From positions 6,878 to 70,877 of the forward strand of contig JALHQL010000003.1 in assembly GCA_022841985.1 (NCBI GenBank): a DNA stretch of 64,000 nucleotides. Direction: 5' to 3'. Position numbers and translations under genes: made by a program. Within the stretch, counting starts at the first letter, position 1, and the number at the start of each line of letters is the position of its first letter. Under the pieces are notes generated by a model. It saw only the letters and a list, made by a program, of their open reading frames with translations, made no database searches and had not been told where the DNA came from. Origin of the DNA: Minisyncoccota bacterium (lineage in GTDB: Bacteria > Patescibacteriota > Minisyncoccia > Phycocordibacterales > Phycocordibacteraceae). Positions 36,149 to 45,843 of the stretch are shown piece after piece.

Positions 36149-36612
36149 AAGGATACTTCTCCGTAAACTCTTTTATCGCCGGCATTATGTTCGGCATCCT
36201 GCTCACAGGCGCTTGGTTCTTTAGCGACAGCTTTACTCCGGCACCATCCCCCTCTTCCTCTGCTGATACGACGATTGAAATGCAAGAAGGAGGCTCAGTA
36301 TCCGTTGGGCCCCAGTCTGCGGGCAATACGGCTGTCGTCGAGTCGGTTACTGTGCCACCACCAGGTGTGTGGGTCGCAGTGCGGGAAGTCGTGGACGATG
36401 AACTTGGGAATGTGCTAGGTGCCGCACGGGTGAAAGGTCCAAGAAGCAACGTTTCCATTCCTCTCTTACGCGCAACCGAACCGGGACGAACATATGCAAT
36501 TCAATTATATCGAGATGATGCGGGGGGAGTGTTCGATGTAACGACGAACAGTATATACGTTGATTTTGATACGGGGATGCGTGTGGTTACCTATTTCACA
36601 ACCGCTGAGTGA
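36145..36612 (+). CDS. Membrane-anchored beta-sandwich hypothetical protein
   Basis: TM helix; Q.AG..V..V....WVAVRE...LG...LYRDD pattern; ATGA overlap with the upstream gene. Confidence 0.7.
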   Translation: MKGYFSVNSFIAGIMFGILLTGAWFFSDSFTPAPSPSSSADTTIEMQEGGSVSVGPQSAGNTAVVESVTVPPPGVWVAVREVVDDELGNVLGAARVKGPRSNVSIPLLRATEPGRTYAIQLYRDDAGGVFDVTTNSIYVDFDTGMRVVTYFTTAE

Positions 36613-36617
36613 TAGCT

Positions 36618-37406
36618 ATGGCATTCGGCGGGTATAAACTCAAATGGGAGAAAGGAAGATTTAATCCATCCTCACGGGAACCGTATGTGATTTCTCGATC
36701 GAAGATAGATCGATTTCTCGAGTGCCCCCGCTGCTACTGGCTCGAAGCTCGCTACGGCATCGGTCGTCCTGACTCTCCGCCCTTTACGCTCAACAACGCG
36801 GTTGACGAACTATTTAAACGCGAGTTCGACGTCCGCAGAGCTGCAGGCGAGCCGCATCCGCTCATGAAGAAGTATGGCATCGACGCGATACCGTATGCGC
36901 ACGAGAAGATTGAGGAGTGGCGTGACGCGCTTAAGCGTGGGGTACGGTATCACGATACGGAAAACAATCTCATTGTACGTGGCGGTATTGATGATGTTTG
37001 GGTAAATCCCACTGGGGAGCTCCATGTCGTCGATTATAAAGCGACGGCTGGGAAGAAGGAGGTTACGCTTGAAGATGAGTGGAAGATTCAGTACAAGCGT
37101 CAGGTCGAAGTCTATCAATGGCTCTTTCGTCGGAACGGGTTTACGGTCTCACCGATCGCATACTTTGTCTACGCAAACGGGTTGAACGACAAAGAAGCGT
37201 TCGATGGAAAACTTGAATTCGAAATTACTATTCTGCCGTACGAGGGTGATGATTCTTGGGTACCAGACACGCTTAAGGTTTTGAAAGCTTGCTTGGTTTC
37301 CGATGCCATCCCTAAGTCCGGCGCGCATTGCGAATATTGCCCATATCGCGAAAATGCCGGTAAAATGCTACTCACTCTTCATCAGAATGGCAAAAAGAAG
37401 AAGTAA
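36618..37406 (+). CDS. PD-(D/E)xK nuclease, Cas4/AddB-like
   Basis: SRSKI..F.ECPRC, GGIDD, VVDYKAT, Q...Y and C-terminal HCEYC. Confidence 0.88.
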   Translation: MAFGGYKLKWEKGRFNPSSREPYVISRSKIDRFLECPRCYWLEARYGIGRPDSPPFTLNNAVDELFKREFDVRRAAGEPHPLMKKYGIDAIPYAHEKIEEWRDALKRGVRYHDTENNLIVRGGIDDVWVNPTGELHVVDYKATAGKKEVTLEDEWKIQYKRQVEVYQWLFRRNGFTVSPIAYFVYANGLNDKEAFDGKLEFEITILPYEGDDSWVPDTLKVLKACLVSDAIPKSGAHCEYCPYRENAGKMLLTLHQNGKKKK

Positions 37407-37417
37407 AAACTCTGGTG

Positions 37418-38086
37418 TTATAGTTTTGCAGTTGAAGTCGCAAGAGCTCCTTTTGGAAATTGCTTTTCAAGGTCGGCCAGGGAAGTAAATCCGTAGAACA
37501 CTTTACCGTTGATGACAAAAGCGGGCAGGGAATCCTGCACCTTGGTAACTTGGATGAGAGTTTTTAGGGCGCCAAGATCGAGATTGTAATCAAAAGAGTA
37601 GACACGTAGTTTTGGATACGTATCGCGCAAGTAGGAGAGAGCATAGCCCGCTTTATCGCAGTCGTCGCAGTCGCCGGCATTGCTGTAGAAATAAAGCACC
37701 ATCACAGGCGGTTTTGCACCGCATGCGGCAGCAAGCTGTTTGGTAATGAGATAGTCACGAATTTCAAGCAGAGAGTATTGATTTTTCAGTTGCAATACCT
37801 GAGGATTATCACTACCGAGTTGATTTTCGGTGTATGCGAGCCGGGTACCCAAATCTGCGAGTTCACCGGTCAGAGTAGTTGAGGATGCGGTACTGTCACA
37901 GGGCGCCGCTGTGAGCAAAGAAAACTGTGTATCAAGAGAGAGTATCTCTATCGAAATTTTGTCCTGTATTGCCGAAATCTCGGTAATACGAGCTTGGTTC
38001 AAATAATTAATAGCGTATGCAACCGTACTCACGAGTGCAATCGTGATACCGAGTGCTATCAGGGCATTTCGTGCAGCAAGGGGCAT
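37418..38086 (-). CDS. Membrane-anchored thioredoxin-fold hypothetical protein
   Basis: TM helix; YFYSN..DCDDC..GY.L, VYSFD and LPAFVIN. Confidence 0.75.
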   Translation of the reverse strand: MPLAARNALIALGITIALVSTVAYAINYLNQARITEISAIQDKISIEILSLDTQFSLLTAAPCDSTASSTTLTGELADLGTRLAYTENQLGSDNPQVLQLKNQYSLLEIRDYLITKQLAAACGAKPPVMVLYFYSNAGDCDDCDKAGYALSYLRDTYPKLRVYSFDYNLDLGALKTLIQVTKVQDSLPAFVINGKVFYGFTSLADLEKQFPKGALATSTAKL

Positions 38087-38089
38087 AGC

Positions 38090-39328
38090 TTAGTAGCGCC
38101 AACCGCGGCGTTTGCCGCGAGCGACGTCGCTTGTTGCCCGTATGAGCCACAACGGTGCGATAAACGCGTAGAGAAGAGCATAGGAAGCGATGCTAAACGG
38201 CAGATTTCCCGGTGTCTTTGAGATGTTCTTTCCGATCGTAATCAAGGTAAATGAGGCGAGCATAGTAGTGAAGGCGAGAAGCAAATACACACTTGCGGGG
38301 AAATAGAACCAATCGAACGAACCGTGTGGCAGTATTGCGTACGAGAGTGGAATGCCGGCGCGGATCTCAATCGCGGCAGAAGCGTGTTGGACAATTTTGA
38401 AAAGCACAATCGAAAAAAGCATGATACCGCTGCCAATCGAAAGCAGAGCGCTTGGCAGAACGAGCATGCCGAGAGTCCCATGCTTATAACTACCAATGAG
38501 TCCGCGGTATTCCCCCAGAATATTACGGAGGAATCCAGAGGTCCAACGTGTGCGCTGTTTAATGAGTTTAAAGAGGGTGTCGGGCGCCTTAGTATACACA
38601 CGTGCGCGCGGTGCATTCTCAATTTTATATCCTGCCTGTTGAATGCGAAGCGCCATTTCCATATCCTCAGTCTGATGCCCATATCGGAAACCGCCGAGCT
38701 CGTTCACAATAGAGCGTCGATAGAAAGAAAAAGGTCCTGGGGTAACGTAAAGACCGTTAAGCGAGGAGAGTGAATGTCGAAGCGAGATACCGAAAGTGTA
38801 TTCGGCATTTTGCATATATTGCAATATGTTATTTGGACGGTGTACTGACATGGCAGCGGTTGCCGCAGCGACGTTTGCGTCCACGAAGCAGGCCACTATC
38901 TCGCGTAACGCATCTGGCTCGACGAAAGAGTCGGCGTCGAGGCAGCCGACAATTTCAGCCTGAGTTGCTGCAATACCAGCATTTAGCGCTGTGTGCTTAC
39001 CGCCATTTTCTTTGTGGATAATACGCACGTGTGGGTGATGTGCGAATTTCTGCATGACGGACGAAGTTGCATCGGTGGAACCGTCGTTAACAAGAATGAT
39101 TTCAAGCTTCTCCTTTGGGTATTCAAGAGCAAGGAGCGATTCGCAAGTGGACGCGAGAGTCGTCATTTCATTCCAGCAGGGTACGATGACAGCAACGGTA
39201 GGAATTGTTGTGTTTAGTGTCCGCGCGCGGGCTTCGCGCGCGGGCTTCGAGAGTAATGTCACTAGGATGAACGACTCAACGAATATAGCGACAAAAAGGA
39301 AAGGATATGCGAACGTTTCGAGACCCAT
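38090..39328 (-). CDS. Processive GT2 glycosyltransferase (PgaC/IcaA-like)
   Basis: VNDGS, GGKH.ALN, LDAD, TED and QRTRW motifs plus TM helices. Confidence 0.93.
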   Translation of the reverse strand: MGLETFAYPFLFVAIFVESFILVTLLSKPAREARARTLNTTIPTVAVIVPCWNEMTTLASTCESLLALEYPKEKLEIILVNDGSTDATSSVMQKFAHHPHVRIIHKENGGKHTALNAGIAATQAEIVGCLDADSFVEPDALREIVACFVDANVAAATAAMSVHRPNNILQYMQNAEYTFGISLRHSLSSLNGLYVTPGPFSFYRRSIVNELGGFRYGHQTEDMEMALRIQQAGYKIENAPRARVYTKAPDTLFKLIKQRTRWTSGFLRNILGEYRGLIGSYKHGTLGMLVLPSALLSIGSGIMLFSIVLFKIVQHASAAIEIRAGIPLSYAILPHGSFDWFYFPASVYLLLAFTTMLASFTLITIGKNISKTPGNLPFSIASYALLYAFIAPLWLIRATSDVARGKRRGWRY

Positions 39329-39366
39329 AATGGCGCAATTCTAGCACAATCTGCTATATTTGGGCT

Positions 39367-40107
39367 ATGAGCCAGCCGTCGGGTCGTCTCCACCCCATTT
39401 CTATTGCTATCCGCGATATAGCGGACATCTTCGGTCGTATGGGATTCGGTATCGCTTACGGTCCGGAACTTGAAGATGATTTCCATAATTTCACTGGCCT
39501 GAACATACCGCCGAATCATCCTGCGCGTGGTATGCAGGACACTTTTTGGGTTAAGGATGAGAAAGATGCTGTTTTACGCACACACACGACCTCGGTGTCT
39601 GTACGCGAACTTGAAAAGCTTGCTCAAAGAGGCGGAAATGAAATGCGTCGCATCATGCCGGGCAAAGTCTTTCGCAACGAAGCGACTGACGCCACGCATG
39701 AGGCGCAGTTCTATCAGGTTGATGGTTTTGCCGTGGGTCCTACGGGTTCAGTAACTCTTGCACACCTGAAGGGCGTGCTTATAAGTTTTTATCGTGAGTA
39801 CCTTGGTATGGATGCAAAGATTCGTTTTCGTCCGAGCTTCTTTGGCTTCACTGAGCCGTCGGTCGAGGTGGATGTTTGGTTCGAAGCACCCGGCAAAGAA
39901 GGGCGCTGGCTTGAGATGAGTGGTGGCGGAATGTTCCATCCGAACGTAATCCGCGATGCCGGACTTGATCCGAAGAAGATAGGCGGCTTTGCGTTCGGCG
40001 GCGGGCTCGAACGACTGCTTATGGTGAAGTACGGGATTCCAGATGTTCGCTTGTTTCATTCAGGCGATGTCCGATTCGTATATGGATTTGAGGAGAACAT
40101 AAAATGA
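39367..40107 (+). CDS. pheS: Phenylalanine--tRNA ligase alpha subunit (short form)
   Basis: HPARGMQDTF, LRTHT, FRNE..DATH, FGFTEPS and GFAFG.GLER. Confidence 0.96.
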   Translation: MSQPSGRLHPISIAIRDIADIFGRMGFGIAYGPELEDDFHNFTGLNIPPNHPARGMQDTFWVKDEKDAVLRTHTTSVSVRELEKLAQRGGNEMRRIMPGKVFRNEATDATHEAQFYQVDGFAVGPTGSVTLAHLKGVLISFYREYLGMDAKIRFRPSFFGFTEPSVEVDVWFEAPGKEGRWLEMSGGGMFHPNVIRDAGLDPKKIGGFAFGGGLERLLMVKYGIPDVRLFHSGDVRFVYGFEENIK

Positions 40108-40108
40108 A

Positions 40109-41284
40109 ATGAAAATTTCTCGCAATGATCTCCAGAAATATTTCATAGCCCCACTGCCGAGTACGACGGCGATTGCGGACGCCTTTACCTTTCATTGTTT
40201 CGAAATTGAAGAAATCGAGGGCGACGTCCTGGATATAAAAGTTCTCACGAACCGAGCTGCTGATTGTAATTCAGAAGCAGGTATCGCGGTTGAACTCTCA
40301 GCGATCCTTGACCTGCCTCTCAAGAGTCAATCCACGAACGGTTTTTCCGATAAAATAATAGAAGTTTCGCTTTTGCGTATTAACGAAATCCTCGGGGCTG
40401 ACTTTTCGGAAGCAGAAGTTGAAGACGTATTTCGCCGACTTCATTTCCGCGTTGAAAAAAATGGAAACGTATTTCGTGTGGCCGCGCCTCTTCCGCGCCT
40501 CGACATCGAGATCCCCGAAGACGTGGCTGAAGAGGTTGGACGTATTCTTGGCTATGACCGTGTTCCGGAGACCGAATTCCCGCCCATTTCCGGGACACCT
40601 GACCAGGCGCGCTATCGCGGTATCGAAAAAATGAAAGATCAGCTCGTCGAGCAAGGATTCATCGAAGTTTCGACACAGTCCTTTACTACAAAGGGCGACG
40701 TGTACCTCGCCAATCCACTCGACAAGACGAAGCCTGCGCTCCGCACGTCGCTTGAAGAGAATTTGCAGAGTGCGCTTGAGCGTGCAAAACAATATGCGCC
40801 ACTCGTGCTCCCACCGAAGCAATCAGTGAAATTATTTGAAGTCGGAACTGTTTTCCCAAAAAAGGGAGAATATCTTGAGTTGCGCATGACTGAGCGGGTC
40901 AAAGAATGGGGCGACGCAGCAGGAAGCTCAGATAATCTTTCCGTAGCGAGACTTGAAGAGTATGGGAAGGATTACACACCTAAGCGGTATACGCTCAGCA
41001 CCTATAAGCCGTTTTCAGTGTACCCGTTTATCACGCGCGACATCGCACTCTGGGTTTCGAATGGTACGGAAGTTTCCGTCATTGAGAGCCTCATCCAAGG
41101 GAATGCGGGCAAGCTCCTCATTCGTCTCGACAAATTCGATCAGTTCGAAAAAGAGGGAAAAGTTTCGTATGCTTTCCGACTCGTTTTCCAATCTATAGAG
41201 CGTACGTTAACCGATGAAGAGGTAAGTGGCATTATGGAGAGCATTGCTACCGTCCTCTCCGCAAAAGGTTACGAAGTTCGTTGA
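40109..41284 (+). CDS. pheT: Phenylalanine--tRNA ligase beta subunit (reduced, 391 aa)
   Basis: B1 (NRAADC), B5 (RLDIEIPEDVAEEVGRILGYD), LRTSL, LFEVG and B8 (RDIA...SYAFRL..RTLTDEEV). Confidence 0.92.
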   Translation: MKISRNDLQKYFIAPLPSTTAIADAFTFHCFEIEEIEGDVLDIKVLTNRAADCNSEAGIAVELSAILDLPLKSQSTNGFSDKIIEVSLLRINEILGADFSEAEVEDVFRRLHFRVEKNGNVFRVAAPLPRLDIEIPEDVAEEVGRILGYDRVPETEFPPISGTPDQARYRGIEKMKDQLVEQGFIEVSTQSFTTKGDVYLANPLDKTKPALRTSLEENLQSALERAKQYAPLVLPPKQSVKLFEVGTVFPKKGEYLELRMTERVKEWGDAAGSSDNLSVARLEEYGKDYTPKRYTLSTYKPFSVYPFITRDIALWVSNGTEVSVIESLIQGNAGKLLIRLDKFDQFEKEGKVSYAFRLVFQSIERTLTDEEVSGIMESIATVLSAKGYEVR

Positions 41285-41305
41285 TCGTCGTTGAATAGCA
41301 GAAAG

Positions 41306-41395
41306 CTAGAAGTTGCCAGCGAGACCTGGTAGGTACATCCCAATCATGCTCAAGGCAAGCAAGACGACAAAGACGATGGTAATTGCGCGTTTCAT
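41306..41395 (-). CDS. 29-aa single-TM small protein (not in the ORF track)
   Basis: MKRAITIVFVVLLALSMIGMYLPGLAGNF*; TGcTACTCT 6 nt upstream on the minus strand. Confidence 0.65.
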   Translation of the reverse strand: MKRAITIVFVVLLALSMIGMYLPGLAGNF

Positions 41396-41408
41396 CCTGA
41401 CAGAGTAG

Positions 41409-41449
41409 CAGAAATCCCGTGGCTGGCAACGCCAGCCACGGGATTTCTG
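41409..41449. terminator. 19-bp hairpin terminator
   Basis: cagaaatcccgtggctggc-aac-gccagccacgggatttctg. Confidence 0.85.
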
Positions 41450-41456
41450 TGCATTA

Positions 41457-43124
41457 TTATTTTGGAACAGTTGTGATCATGTCCCTTTTGATGTCGGCGA
41501 AGGTGCCGCCGACTTTCTTGCCGGGATTTAAGATATTGAGCGGATCAAAAATCTCTTTCGTTTCGGTAAAGAGTGCAACCATCTCTCCGCCGAAGAGCAT
41601 GGGGAGATAGGGTGTGCGGATGATACCGTCGTTGTGTTCTCCGGTCGTCGTCCCGCCCTCACTTATCACGAGCTCATAGACCTTGGGCGCGAGCTTAAGG
41701 ACGACTTGGCGATTCTCCTCCTTAGAGAGGTCCATAAGCGGGATGATATGGAAGTTTCCGTTACCGACATGACCCGCAATGGTGTAGATGAAATGCGTTT
41801 TGTATTCGTCGAGGAGTGCATTTAGTTTCGGCAAAAATTCAGGGTAGCTTGAGGGCGGCACGACGAAGTCATCGATAAAGGGTGCGGCATAGAGGCCGTG
41901 CACATTTTTGCGCAGAAGTGCGAAGCTCTCTCTGCGTACGATCCAATATTTTTCGGACTCTTTCTCATTTTTTTCAACTTTTGCTTGCACGTGGAGGTCG
42001 CTAAGTGCCTCCTTCGCCGCCACGGCCTTCCTATCTGCTTCTTCGATAGTGTCTTCGGCAAATTCTGCCATGAGTATCATTTTTGGCACGCCGCCGGTGG
42101 CGACCATCGCCGCTTCAGGGATGAAGTCGACGCCGAGGCGTACGGCCTTTGCAAATCCCATTTGCGAGAGCATTCCGGGGAGGAATTTCACGGCAAGTGT
42201 GAAAGTATGATTGTCGTAGCTCTCAAAAGATTCCGGTTCTTGGACGAGGACGCGCTTTACAATCTCCGGAAGAATATTGAGTTCGTAGAGGAAGACGACG
42301 AGCATGGCACGATGCTCTTTCGGCTTTACAAGTTTGAGTTTTACTTTTGTCCAGAGGGCAAGGCTGCCCTGGGAGCCGCAGACGAGCTTCGCGAGGTTGA
42401 ACATACCAGTTTTCTCATCGCGAATCCTCCAGAGACCATAACCAGCTGAGTTTTTAGAAACCTTTGGGCGGTGCTGTTCAATGAGTGTCGCGTTCTTAGT
42501 AATCAGAGCATCCATCTTTCTGTAAATATCGCCTTCAAGAGTCTGGAGTTTCTTCTTCTCTTCCAATTCTGTAGGAGTCAACGGTTTGAATGTCGTCTGT
42601 GTGCCGTCAGAGAGCACGACATCGAGCTCCTCGACATATCGCTCGGTCTGCCCGTATTTAAGCGTGCGTTCGCCGCCGGAATTATTGGCAACAATGCCTC
42701 CCATAGCAGCGATGCCGCGCGAGGCAGGATAGGAGGGGAGTATTAAATTCTTTTTTAGAGTTTCTTTTTCAAAATCGCGATAGTAGACGCCCGGCTCGGT
42801 GATGGCAAAGTCGCCGCCGATTTCGCCAATATGGTTCAAGTGTTTGGTGAACGACACTACGACACTCGTGGTGAGTGGTCCTCCGGTCATGTCAGTGCCG
42901 CCGGAGCGCGCAGCAAGCGAGACAGCCGCGCCCGCTTCGCGGGCGCGGTGCATTTCTTTCACCATCACGCTTACATCCTCCGCATCTTTTGGGTACACGA
43001 CCAATTCCGGCATTCGCGTAAAAATCGATGTGTCGCGACTCGCCCCTTTCAGTATCGCCGCATCATCCGATACTTCTCCTTTCATTACACCCGCAAGCGC
43101 CTTTTTCAAATCATTCGTACTCAT
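41457..43124 (-). CDS. FAD-linked oxidoreductase (GlcD/D-lactate dehydrogenase family)
   Basis: RSGGT..G, GGIVANNSGG, GSQGSL, GHVGNGNFH, GEHNDG and FDP..ILNPGK. Confidence 0.92.
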   Translation of the reverse strand: MSTNDLKKALAGVMKGEVSDDAAILKGASRDTSIFTRMPELVVYPKDAEDVSVMVKEMHRAREAGAAVSLAARSGGTDMTGGPLTTSVVVSFTKHLNHIGEIGGDFAITEPGVYYRDFEKETLKKNLILPSYPASRGIAAMGGIVANNSGGERTLKYGQTERYVEELDVVLSDGTQTTFKPLTPTELEEKKKLQTLEGDIYRKMDALITKNATLIEQHRPKVSKNSAGYGLWRIRDEKTGMFNLAKLVCGSQGSLALWTKVKLKLVKPKEHRAMLVVFLYELNILPEIVKRVLVQEPESFESYDNHTFTLAVKFLPGMLSQMGFAKAVRLGVDFIPEAAMVATGGVPKMILMAEFAEDTIEEADRKAVAAKEALSDLHVQAKVEKNEKESEKYWIVRRESFALLRKNVHGLYAAPFIDDFVVPPSSYPEFLPKLNALLDEYKTHFIYTIAGHVGNGNFHIIPLMDLSKEENRQVVLKLAPKVYELVISEGGTTTGEHNDGIIRTPYLPMLFGGEMVALFTETKEIFDPLNILNPGKKVGGTFADIKRDMITTVPK

Positions 43125-43210
43125 TCTCTTCAGTATATACTACGAATTAAAGCTTAAGACATGCGATGTTCTAAGTTTACAATAGGAAATTGCTAGACTA
43201 GTCTTAATCT

Positions 43211-43606
43211 ATGGATCGTGAAGCATTTGAAAAATTGGTTGAGGAAGGATTTCTCCTTATCCCAGAGAAATTCCGCAAGAGGATACAGAATGTCGCTCTC
43301 TTGGTCGAGGATGAGCCGTCGAGTGAGGTGCGGCAACAAGAGGGCCTTTCTGCAGACGAGACGCTTCTCGGGCTGTATCAAGGCATCCCGGCAACCGAAC
43401 GCGGCGATTCATACGGTATCGGGCCGACGATTCCGGACACTATTACACTTTTCAAATTATCGATAGAGGAGGCGGCAGCTGGTGTGCCAGAAGAGGTGCG
43501 AAAGATCGTCGCTGAGACAATCTGGCATGAATACGCCCACTATTTCGGAATGGACGAAGACGAGGTAAGATTTCGTGAAGAGGTGCGCGGAAAACAGAGA
43601 GAGTAA
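43211..43606 (+). CDS. Zincin-like metallopeptidase
   Basis: LLGLYQG, PDTITLF and HEYAHYFG. Confidence 0.9.
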   Translation: MDREAFEKLVEEGFLLIPEKFRKRIQNVALLVEDEPSSEVRQQEGLSADETLLGLYQGIPATERGDSYGIGPTIPDTITLFKLSIEEAAAGVPEEVRKIVAETIWHEYAHYFGMDEDEVRFREEVRGKQRE

Positions 43607-43623
43607 ACATTGCCAACATATTT

Positions 43624-44181
43624 ATGAAAACAACATCTATTCTGTATACAACAAGCATTCTTGTACTCATCATCGCAGGAGCGTGGTTCGGGCTCTCCCG
43701 CACAATAGGAAATCCTTCACTCGCTGTTCTCTCTTTTGAGGATTGCGTAAAGGAGGGGTATCCGGTCATGGAAAGCCATCCTCGGCAGTGCAGGACGCTG
43801 GATGGGAGAATATATGCCGAAGAGATACCTGAGAAAATTACCTATTTCAACGCGACCGCTAACAATATTATGGTCGAACTTCCTTTTCCTGGCGCTGTTA
43901 CCGGCAAAGATTTTTCGGTCATAGGTAAAGCTCGGGGGAATTGGTTTTTTGAAGCATCTTTTCCAATAGAGGTTCTTGATAAGGAGGGGAGCCTTCTCAC
44001 CACCGGTATAGCTCAAGCGGAAGGTGAGTGGATGACTATGGACTTCGTGCCTTTCAGGGCGGATATTAAAGCTCCACAATCCTATATCGGCGAAGCGACT
44101 CTTGTGTTAAAAAAAGATAATGCTTCAGGACTTCCAGAGCACGATGCATCGATATCATTTCCAATCACCATCGAATACTAA
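43624..44181 (+). CDS. Gmad2-type Ig-like domain protein, membrane-anchored
   Basis: SFEDC..GYPVMES.PRQC, GKARGNWFFEASFP, WMT..FVPF and DNASGLPE. Confidence 0.82.
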   Translation: MKTTSILYTTSILVLIIAGAWFGLSRTIGNPSLAVLSFEDCVKEGYPVMESHPRQCRTLDGRIYAEEIPEKITYFNATANNIMVELPFPGAVTGKDFSVIGKARGNWFFEASFPIEVLDKEGSLLTTGIAQAEGEWMTMDFVPFRADIKAPQSYIGEATLVLKKDNASGLPEHDASISFPITIEY

Positions 44182-44249
44182 GTTAGCCACAGATTGGTGT
44201 ATGTAGGATATTAAAGTTGTGTATGTTGTGTTCGTAGTTGTGGATAACT

Positions 44250-44268
44250 GTCTTTCATTATGAAAGAC
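44250..44268. promoter_or_regulatory. Palindrome in the lexA promoter, candidate operator
   Basis: gtctttcat-t-atgaaagac just upstream of TGtTACTCT and the ATG. Confidence 0.5.
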
Positions 44269-44287
44269 GAGTTGTTACTCTCTATGT

Positions 44288-44977
44288 ATGGCACGCCACA
44301 CAACAGTTACTCCCGTACAAGAAAAAACTCTTTCATTCTTAAAACACTACATCGGCAAGAATGGCCAAGCGCCGACGATGGTCGAGCTCGGCAAAGAATT
44401 TAAATTGCGGTCGCTCCGCAGCGTCACGCAGCGATTAGAAAGACTCGAGCGCAAAGGCCTCATCAAACGAGACCGTTTCCAGCACCGGAGCATTCAGATT
44501 CTTAATGGCGACAGCTCAAATGTCCCGTCCGGTACCATTCAGGTGCCAGTTATTGCTTCGGCAGGATGCGACGCAATGGAAGTCTATGCGCAAGACGAAT
44601 TCGGAGAGTACATTCTCGTCGACAAAAATCTTATCAATGTACATACAAACATTGCCGCTATCAAGGCGGTCGGCGACAGTATGCAAGACGCAGGCATCAG
44701 AAATGGCGACTATGTCATCGTGGAGGTGACTGAAGCTGTTGAAAATGGCGACCGCGTTGTCGCTATCGTGGGAAACATGGCGGTTATCAAGCAATACAAG
44801 AAGGCCGACGGTGTCGTGTTCTTGAATCCTGAAAACAAAAGCGGTGCCTATCACCCAATTATCGTGGGGCAGGAAGATTCGAAGATTTTCGGTAAAGTTT
44901 TGAGCATAATTCCGGGCAGCGAATGGGTCGACGACATCAAGATTGACTACTATCCCGGGTATTCGCCGAAAAAGTAA
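44288..44977 (+). CDS. lexA: LexA repressor
   Basis: wHTH (PT..EL...L..LERKGLI), Ala-Gly cleavage site (SAGC), catalytic Ser (GDSM) and Lys (IKQY), LNPEN. Confidence 0.9.
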   Translation: MARHTTVTPVQEKTLSFLKHYIGKNGQAPTMVELGKEFKLRSLRSVTQRLERLERKGLIKRDRFQHRSIQILNGDSSNVPSGTIQVPVIASAGCDAMEVYAQDEFGEYILVDKNLINVHTNIAAIKAVGDSMQDAGIRNGDYVIVEVTEAVENGDRVVAIVGNMAVIKQYKKADGVVFLNPENKSGAYHPIIVGQEDSKIFGKVLSIIPGSEWVDDIKIDYYPGYSPKK

Positions 44978-45004
44978 GAAGCGATGCTCTGGTATGATTG
45001 AAGC

Positions 45005-45838
45005 ATGAAGCGGTATACGGTACCCATCGGAATAATTGTTCTGACGGTAATTGCCACGTTCTGGATACTACAGACGCAAATGGTAGAAGCGCCGATTGAC
45101 GGAATCGCATGTACCCAAGAAGCGAAACTCTGCCCTGACGGATCCGCTGTAGGGCGCACAGGTCCAGAATGCGAATTTGCCGAATGTCCCTCGACAAGCG
45201 ACTCGACCGATTCTACTACTGTGGCCCTCGCTATTGGCGCGAGTGCGGCCATCCACGGTACGACTATTGGCGTCCTCGATCTCGTCGAGGACAGTCGCTG
45301 CCCGATAGATGTGCAGTGTATTCAAGCCGGCACTGTGCGCGTACGCATTTCTATCGACTCTTATAATCTTCCTTTTACTCTCACTCTTAACCAGCCGCAG
45401 GAGATGGAGAATATGAGTATCACCCTTACTTCAGTAATTCCCGAGCAAAAATACTCACAAAAGACGGTGCCTCCAACCGATTATCGCTTTACCTTTAGGG
45501 TCATTCCTAAAGCGTCAATTGAGACCTCTACATCCGGTGTGCGCGGAACGGTACTGATCGAGCCAACCTGTCCTGTAGAGCGTATGCCGCCCGATCCTAC
45601 TTGTGCTCCGAAGCCTTATGCAACGGCAATCGTGGTGTATCGCACAGGTTCAAAATCGCCGTATATCATAGGGAATTCAAATACATCCGGGGCTTTTTTA
45701 TTCTCACTCCCGCCAGGCTCGTACACTCTTGCTGCAAAAGGCGATACGGTGTTGCCGCGATGTAACGAAACAAGTGTAGCTGTCGTACCGGACGAGTACA
45801 CCTCGGTAACCATTTCGTGCGATACCGGCATCCGATGA
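45005..45838 (+). CDS. Cys-rich multi-domain secreted protein
   Basis: ACTQEAKLCPDGSAVGR.GPECEF..CP, EDSRCP.DVQCIQAG and PTCPVE modules. Confidence 0.8.
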   Translation: MKRYTVPIGIIVLTVIATFWILQTQMVEAPIDGIACTQEAKLCPDGSAVGRTGPECEFAECPSTSDSTDSTTVALAIGASAAIHGTTIGVLDLVEDSRCPIDVQCIQAGTVRVRISIDSYNLPFTLTLNQPQEMENMSITLTSVIPEQKYSQKTVPPTDYRFTFRVIPKASIETSTSGVRGTVLIEPTCPVERMPPDPTCAPKPYATAIVVYRTGSKSPYIIGNSNTSGAFLFSLPPGSYTLAAKGDTVLPRCNETSVAVVPDEYTSVTISCDTGIR

Positions 45839-45843
45839 CACAT

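Noticed and set aside
36618-37406. Cas4 of a CRISPR system
   Set aside because: No cas1, cas2 or array; treated as a solo nuclease.
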